Positions 58,601 to 64,000 of a DNA stretch of 64,000 nt are shown in pieces. Position numbers and translations under genes: made by a program. Position 1 is the first letter of the stretch. Every line of letters starts with the position of its first letter. Where the stretch lies: NCBI GenBank assembly GCA_023334545.1, contig JAADVB010000031.1, positions 44,529 through 108,528 of the forward strand, in the 5' to 3' direction. Below the pieces are notes generated by a model. The model had not been told where the DNA came from. It saw only the letters and a list, made by a program, of their open reading frames with translations, and made no database searches. Origin of the DNA: Salisapilia sapeloensis CBS 127946. Its lineage: Eukaryota; Protista; Oomycota.

Positions 58601-58875
58601 GTAGGCTTCGGTGCAGTCTCTTGACTTTTCAAAGAAGATATAGGCGGACGTAAGGACTGCATCTGATGCGCACTCGCGACAGGAGACGATGTTCTGCCGG
58701 GAGAGGCGTGTGACATCGAGCGAGAGGTAGCTTTGCTACTGTCTAGACTAAGCGAAGCGAAGAGGTCTTGATGGTTTGGAGCCGACGGCTTCTGTCGAAG
58801 TGGCGTACCAGCACTTGATGGTCTTGTACGCCTCGAGGAGGGAAGCGGGAAGGGTGGAGGCGCTGCCATGGACAT
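52645..58875 (-). CDS. SEC16: COPII coat assembly scaffold Sec16
   Basis: Central conserved domain FGFGGNLVTMFP, DFPGPL, LMVGDRKTAV..AVHANMWPEAMLLAS, ELGDRL...AAHTCYLLAG, QRTEVYEW, FQAFKLIHAMVLADHG. C-terminal AKLGEHMEAYYDETNQRWVFPG. Flanked by disordered regions. Confidence 0.9.
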   Translation of the reverse strand: MSMAAPPPFPLPSSRRTRPSSAGTPLRQKPSAPNHQDLFASLSLDSSKATSRSMSHASPGRTSSPVASAHQMQSLRPPISSLKSQETAPKPTASIAPPASDLFSMEESDAFDSNEADTWGPSSPSAMFANESNLHEDEELDELNDDAWGQDELTDDDFAALSPKNVETPFPVESESTADMPTHVEDPFSMHETDALQEQSSNPSWNQEDSLHTSPFDAPAPADELAWEEDWGGDAWGDEADIPAISESNSEPSEDSFTYESHPVTQQEPAVDDTLTPPTSTTSIINHVDETSEPAVVKESELPRQDTTDSIAPETTPAANFWDASATDDSLFEAPVDDADGWGNDVVDLDEMPEIGKLSKEEIESDSRENSSTMAQLGSIPSDSPPPEDDSLAFEYSAETSDSFLSSHEVEEKEESVSHQAQVADFSQPFSSEGYQSEAQDPFASTASSHQNATEDSSADATHTSDDFYWHHDQTDMQETVESRNTMETTPQPRQETREVGRSPSISFADQPMRDAVPPSTLLSTARDERSSIASFGVSSAGATFGGSDRVSDGQLSDGEFSDNRSIANSSNASTAFATDFPSVSEGPFSHIGTTVDGSENDSEHSFSDEDTSRAPSVVGSSNASTTNRSAFTETTAPQEPASPLAEESPFGGSAHASEEFDDTAMQAGTIFTSEDDMPLLSPPASPPRAPSPEGSRVNNASSLFGVSEEDTSSALEPYATPEQQQDMAESQEAADASDLFVASPTAASFALPPQTFEEPAYEKSTEEYANAPVGLTDDQLAYSQGPSSDFWGYQENMTQDIDATTSETVQPYANQPLTSTQFDQTQQLYPMNEAESTLAAQSSGDMTYSALDAPTHAPPADHPQDSNVSNPLAMSHGPDQDAFNDATNAFNQSHVSTESVDSTHVQYTSTPHAQGMTQQFAGGYTPNQQAYPTNYYAPPGNYNSLDRPNEQNYSYNSSYTQGGAAQPATAIKTNAYAKDPTRVPPSCLACFGFGGNLVTMFPKRKLHLNLAGKSFRHSPRAPGSPHPQYEDESNGQLRKGPVDVYRMSQVHARDEQLEELEDFPGPLVDDADDAAIFKWMEDRLRRLHAKRVPSEDERLLLGVLKVMMRCNGRLRSDPSTDPNDPKSPEVQVLSMLKESDQRRRRNQQTNYPTPKPVQPSTASANADKLRDLLMVGDRKTAVDTAVHANMWPEAMLLASFTGREEYKRVLQAYLSTHYAAGDPCRALYMCFADQQEKSVQEPQKLMPTANAPHAPSPILSSWVAHAQMILANRTADTSRVLTELGDRLWRETNNIVAAHTCYLLAGVPVEAPSPQSKIALLGADHYTPALARLYVSAPAVQRTEVYEWIQTKLKGDSSRMIPFQAFKLIHAMVLADHGKLEMSFRYVQSMLSVLRNATVNMKQGSSPYLDGLQMQLTVLDDRLRQYLGDARIESVATSSGKQGKWGFGSALSIMGKFVNRVVEGNEGNAPSGRKGGGSLFQGAPKATAGTQFARPQPPSMPEQAQAYVGGAMLPDGEQQFDPSQYAEQEMQSQYPPGYPEQYDPNYAPYGEFQEQQYQYQGSEQHMYNGQQGFEQQQPFDPQQVGQETEQQFDPSQQSLEYQVSDQMHMSQQSFEQQGQEQAFDQQGIPGHEQQVFNQSQQFEQQYDHQGASGNEQHDPSQQFEQHDFDQSQQFGQQGLDQSQQLDQQSLDQSQYLGQESFDGSQVGQQSYGPEGFDQAQQFGQQGFEQQQAYDSQVPQADGNDPFATGAHMPEDSFATQSFQHQADVNAPQDSQPSYPSDDTNAAQFQQPPQSPAQFQRPAQQAAQPPQSPAQFQQPPQQPPQFQQPQSPAQRQQPEAAGSPMQPPTSQSAPTLAPMSPAHSTEGRQSNAGKPLLPPHVRPPSGPASDRGVASPHMKKDDKTKPRSKTPPPSGSKGASSGWLSGLSSYIANKMNPDAKVAKLGEHMEAYYDETNQRWVFPGEPEASAEPSMPSAPPKGPAPPPQDTSHSAPGSMSGDTSKDPVASLMAPPPARKPTMSKDPVAAMMAPPPRPGMQRGGRGPAGRGAPGRKPPRPQFAVFKPKPGQEQAEQPSAE
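53670..54340 (-). repeat. Coding Gln-rich tandem repeats (QQF/LDP/QSQ-like) inside Sec16
   Basis: EQQFDPSQY, EQQFDPSQQ, FNQSQQFEQQ, FDQSQQFGQQGLDQSQQLDQQSLDQSQ, FDQAQQFGQQ. Confidence 0.8.
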
Positions 58876-60100
58876 GCTATCGGTTTCGTCTTTTCAGCGT
58901 TTTTACTGTTTCTTTTTGCAGGACTGGATTATCCCTTCCACTGCAGTCGTGGAGGGATCCTTTGTAGATACAGCTGAGTGCACTAGAAAGTGTCTTGATG
59001 GGATAAGAAGAGCGTCCGAGGTGGCTACTATCGCCCGTAGCTGCCCGTCGGATAACGATCTGCCACGCGTTGCCATACAAACACCAAGAGAATTTGAAAA
59101 ACATAAAATGCCATATATATAGATTAGAAGCTACAAATGGGGGTGAGTTATAGATGGGTCGTTTCGTCCGCTCTTGCGGTCACGTTGGATGATGTATCGC
59201 GCTTCTTCATCGGGTTTGTGTACATTCATTTTGCTTAACCAAACTTCTTGTGCAAGGTAGAGCTTAAATACAAGCAAGATGGTCTTACTATACTAGAGGC
59301 AATAGGTCTCGATGATATTTAAAGTTGAGGTTATAGGATGTTCATAGAATATATGGCAGCGACTGCTAGCTTTAGCCCTTCCAACTATTGTCATGAAAAG
59401 GTAGATAGCAGCATTGACGACGCCACTTTAAATGGAGCTTTTCGTGGTAGATTTAACAGATGTTCCCCTTCATCGTCCTCATGACACGATTGAGCAGACA
59501 TCTTTCATGCGTTCCAACATAGTTTTTTCGTCTAACAACAGATCGGGCCTATCGACTTTAGCATGGCTATCACTTCCCATCAAAGCTGGATAAACTTTCG
59601 AGACATTTCATCCTGCAAAAATCGACTCCAGAATGACTCTATCTACTTTTATTACTTCTTTTCTAACTTTTGCTCTCGTCTATGGGTGTCTAAGATGCTT
59701 GTCAACCATTGATTGATGCTAACACATCATCATTGTCTATAGCGGCTACAGTGTATGTTTGGGGCCTAACAAAGGCAGGTATAAAGGCAGTGGTAATTTG
59801 GCCGTTGCGGTCTATTACAGGTCAAAATATGGTCAGACCACAGCGCCATGAATGGTCCCATTGTACGGATAATCAAAGCAAGATTTGTGTTGTACAGAGT
59901 ACTATACTACCACACACATATCATAGATGAAGAATATGTTAGACTTTTACCTAATGAACGGCTGAAATGCATACTGATACCCTCTAGCAAAATCTATTAA
60001 TGATAGTGGAAATAATCCGTTTCTGTAATTGCGCACATCGTCTTTTTATAAGGACCTGATTGCTCTTAGTTCAGTAAGTGGAGCAGCAACATCCGCTCAG

Positions 60101-62045
60101 ATGAAGGTAGCTGTCTCCGCTCCATCGTTAGAAACCCACCATCAAGAGAAAGCCTCAACCTCAGCTACTTCGATCCAGACTTTACTGTGGAAGAACGTTC
60201 AGCAGATCATTATAGCTCTATACGATGCGTACCTCAAAGTGCAGATTTACAATCGAGGAGCGTACTCTATCGAACATCTTCACGATTTCGATCAGCACTG
60301 TTTAACAGCTTCTAGTTGGGAAGTTTTATGGTACTGCTTAATTGTAACATTTCCGGGACTTGTTTTGGAAATTATCATCGAGCTGGTTCCACTAAACTCA
60401 CCTCTTGACCCCTGGAATCATAACGTTGTCTTCTGGATACGACACTTTGTCTCAACAGCAATTATAAGCTATTCATTTGCTTATCAAGTTTTATTTTTTG
60501 TGCCAAATGTACAGATCCACCCTGCAAAACTAATACTTATTGCAATTACCACTGGAATGTTCGCACTTGGGGCAAACTTAGTTCTTGCTGCATATTGGAC
60601 ATTTCCAATCCCTTTTACAGCAGTGGTTACTTCTGTACCTTTTGCAGCAGTACATACACCTCTTCTCTATCTATTAATGAAGACTGAAGGGTACAATGGC
60701 AGTCCACTCCAGACACATGCATTGAAAGCCCAATGTTTAGTTATATCGCTTCATGTAACGATGTTAGTAGTCTACAATGGCTATAATGCTATCTTTCAAG
60801 TGCTTTCTCAGACAGATCAAGTCTTCTTTATCAGTGTGTTACCTCTCTTGAAATTTGGCCTCAAGAATCTTTATGCTTGGGCTATGTCATCCGAGCTAGA
60901 ATCAATTCCGGAACTCACAACATTTACTGTCGAGGTACGTGATCATAAAAATGTACCATTGTAATATTTGACGGGCTTCCTAGCTCCACATATTTATGGT
61001 TCTGTAGGTCTTTCATGCTCTCTTCGTTTCTATCTGTATGCGGACTGCAAAATCGATGTGGGCGTCTGTCATTTTCATCGGCATCGATGCTATCCAAGCT
61101 TTACTGTCAGTCTTAGAGATGGAAAGCGTTAGTAAAGCATTGATTCAAGCATTAAAAAATCATGATAGAACGAGCTCACCGGATGGAGATTTGCTATTTA
61201 GTGTTCTAGCGTTATGCCAAAACCCGCAGACTAGAGAGAGAATACGGACGTTGGGTGGACGCAAAAGCTTTCAAATGACGCACACTAAGGCTACGCTAGG
61301 ACCGTTGCCGTTTAACATTGATGCGGTTGTAGACAAAACATTTGATGTCCACGGAAATTGTAAGGAAAATGCCACTCAGAAGCCTACATCCCCCTCAAAA
61401 ATACCTGTTGCAGAAGTACAGCAGACAAACCCCGGGAGTAATTCATTTATAGCTAAAATGAAGATAAAACCGATCGCACCAATTGCAGAACCAAAATTCG
61501 ATCCGCAAGGACATGTTCATCCAGAATCAGAGGAAGTCAAACTTGTTTCTGAAGCACTTAAGCTACTCTTTCATGCTGAGTATTGTATGATGATTGAGCT
61601 TGTCGAAGTTACGATTCCGATTGTGTATGTCGTGCACACAATGGTGATATTTTACTTGCCAAATGCGATATACTTTCCACACACAAGCCATATGGCATTC
61701 GGAGAGCTGAGATCAAGAGCTCTTAACATTCTTCTCTATGCACTGATGGAAGTGGTGACACTACTTGCTTTCCATTACATGCTAAAAAGACGATTTAAAT
61801 TTTCACCAATGCATTTGCTTGGGTACTCATTAAAAATCCAATGGCGCCAGATTATGGCAAGAGGTACTGTTACAGTCTGGTTTGTTCTTCAATTTACTCT
61901 CATGCACTATGGTGGGCGACAACTTTTACATGTTACTTTTACTCATTCCTTCCGACTAACTTTAGTAATTTATCTAGGCGTTGACTTCACTTTAAAGTTC
62001 GATTGGGCTGAGCAGCTAGGTATCAATCATACTGAAGGAACATGA
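60101..62045 (+). CDS. Uncharacterised multi-pass membrane protein of a family I recall as expanded in oomycetes; introns near 60934-61008 and 61912-61977
   Basis: YSIEHLHDF...IELVPLNSPLDPWNHNVVFWIRH, many TM segments, LKLLFHAEYCMMIELVEVTIP, and a terminal HYGVDFTLKFDW after splicing. Confidence 0.75.
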
Positions 62046-62700
62046 AGCAATTTCAAATTTAGCACTGGATATATGGCACAAAGCTTATCAGTATACCTCA
62101 TCATATGCTCAACGATGTACTAAAGGCAGCTTTGTTGCGTACCTCGGTACATTCCCTGCTTTAAAAGAAAACAGATATGGATATCATCATTTCACAGGCA
62201 TCAAAATTTAAGGATGAGCACTTCGGAAGGCTTTCAATTAGTGAGGAACGATAGATCTATCTACTGATTTTAGTATAGATTGAAAGGCACGAGAAGCTCG
62301 GACGAATCCAGCGTGTATAAATTTATAATATGTTTACACCTTCGTTTCTGTAAGTTAAGAAGACAAAGAAAGACTACCTGCTTACCATTTCACGAAAAAG
62401 TTGAGCTTACCTTCGGCGACTTTTATTAAGTAGTCGTAGATTTGGATAAAGTTACCATCACCTTTGCTGCAATGAGTAAAAGCGAAGGCATTGCGTAGCT
62501 AAAATCTCTCACAACTAATAGCTATGACTTCAGTTTGACCAGGTATTTTCGACAACTATCAATTCAAGGAAGGTAAAAAGCAATTTTATTGTAGAGGTGT
62601 TAAGAAACTTCTTCATTGAGTTTTGAATGCAAGGAGTACTTTGCTTTCGCTCATTCATTCGCGAAGCGCAAATTGTTTGTTTAGTTGCCGATGGTGACTT

Positions 62701-64000
62701 TCAGTTTTCTTTATTGCCGTAGTAATTGCTCTGATGAGACTTAGTCGAATTGCGGTGCTGAGTGACATCAGATGAATCACGCGTGCTTGTAGCCCGAACT
62801 ACCTTCGATGAATGCGCTTGTGCCTTGACTTTCATAAATTTTGGTACCAACATGAGCGCCATTACGATTCCAGTGCACAAAAAGATAGAGGCGGACAAGA
62901 ACAAGAAAAAGGCGGTCGCTGGCATTTTTACCAAGTAGGCTAATGGCAAAATGACCAGGCATCCGAGCAATACAACGACGCTTGATGCAAATATCCAAAT
63001 GGCTTCCTGGAAATCAGCGGAGACATTTCGAATTAAGAAGGAGGAGTATAAGCCCAAGAAGAGCATCACGGCTTTCCAAAACAGAATTAAGATGCTAAAG
63101 ATGTCATTCTGTGAGCGACATTCAAGTACGTCAACGTAACCAGCGAAATCCGTAGACTTGACATCAGAAATCGTTGGCACAGGTGGGTCAACAGCATACC
63201 ACACTAGTATAATGCTTCCATCAACCAGGAGGAAGCCGAATAGTTTGAGAAACGCGTTCCATGCCGATACGGTTTGCTTCTTCATGGAGCTCTTTAAAAA
63301 TACACGATGAACTCGTAGAGATTTCACAATCAAGGCACCGAATACAGTTGTGAATCCGAAGCACGGTAGAATTGGTCGCATGAAGCAGGTTGTACTGGTT
63401 GGTTTCCCAGCATATAGCACTGTACCTGATACCATCATGATACCGCCGCTGATCATCGTCATTAAAAGTTGGTACTGTGATCGTTTGATAATTGGCGACT
63501 CACCATAGATAAAGACTGCGACCAGTAAGGTGAAAAGCACAGCGTCGAATAGTATGCAGATGATGAGAATAGCGGTATACGACGAGGAAGAAGATGGAGC
63601 GTATTCACAGCCAATGGCCACATCATCCGGCAATGTGATGTCTTTGACTGTACAATCAATGGGCTTAGACGGGTCGCTTTCATTCGGAAGAAGCCAGCGG
63701 TACGTGACATAGCGCTTCGCGTTTTCATCACAGCTAGAGACTGTGTATGTGTAATACGCTTCATCACAATATTCTAGTTGCTCAACCCATCCTATCAATA
63801 TCCTGTAGCGGATATCCAACCATTCGCACGTACGACTCGTTCGAATTGGTTCCGGTAATTTCAATACTCCTCCATTGCAGTCAAGAGGCTTGGATGGGTC
63901 AGAGAGGTCAGGATCGTTCCATTCAAATACGATGACCCTTTCATCCGATGAGTTACTACATCCGTTGATCGTGTACTTGACATGCTTTTCTAGAGTACAA
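62701..64000 (-). CDS. Class C (glutamate/GABA-B-like, 7tm_3) GPCR; N-terminus runs off the window
   Basis: The frame stays open from 63864 to the window end. 7TM with IIKRSQYQLL, CFMRPILPCFGFTTVFGALIVKSLRVHRVF, KAVMLFLGLYSSFLIRNVSADFQEA, LVPKF. Confidence 0.88.
   Translation of the reverse strand, partial: CTLEKHVKYTINGCSNSSDERVIVFEWNDPDLSDPSKPLDCNGGVLKLPEPIRTSRTCEWLDIRYRILIGWVEQLEYCDEAYYTYTVSSCDENAKRYVTYRWLLPNESDPSKPIDCTVKDITLPDDVAIGCEYAPSSSSSYTAILIICILFDAVLFTLLVAVFIYGESPIIKRSQYQLLMTMISGGIMMVSGTVLYAGKPTSTTCFMRPILPCFGFTTVFGALIVKSLRVHRVFLKSSMKKQTVSAWNAFLKLFGFLLVDGSIILVWYAVDPPVPTISDVKSTDFAGYVDVLECRSQNDIFSILILFWKAVMLFLGLYSSFLIRNVSADFQEAIWIFASSVVVLLGCLVILPLAYLVKMPATAFFLFLSASIFLCTGIVMALMLVPKFMKVKAQAHSSKVVRATSTRDSSDVTQHRNSTKSHQSNYYGNKEN

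Noticed and set aside
59100-59700. Possible pseudogene on the minus strand
   Set aside because: Only short stop-interrupted stretches, with no family recognisable.

Overview
Gene-dense eukaryotic DNA, most likely from an oomycete or related stramenopile. This is an inference from gene content (cobalamin-dependent MetH and methylmalonyl-CoA mutase, NELF-C/D, class C GPCR, an oomycete-type multi-TM family) and from very short GT-AG introns of about 49-70 bp. I can support about 26 protein-coding genes, several rebuilt by hand across introns, plus two identical tRNA-Pro(AGG) genes in head-to-head orientation. The standout non-genic signal is a ~500-bp element present in three diverged copies (11860-12360 +, 38100-38596 +, 42171-42633 -). 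Each copy has a long imperfect hairpin followed by a small reading frame that stays open in all three copies. Other highlights are the direct tandem of the two B12-dependent enzyme genes and several unusual domain fusions (BEACH-ELMO, WW-NELF-C/D, SAP-DCN1, coiled-coil-MOB1, C2-U-box). I found no CRISPR array, rRNA or intact transposase/RT. All family calls come from motif recognition by eye, and no database search was run.
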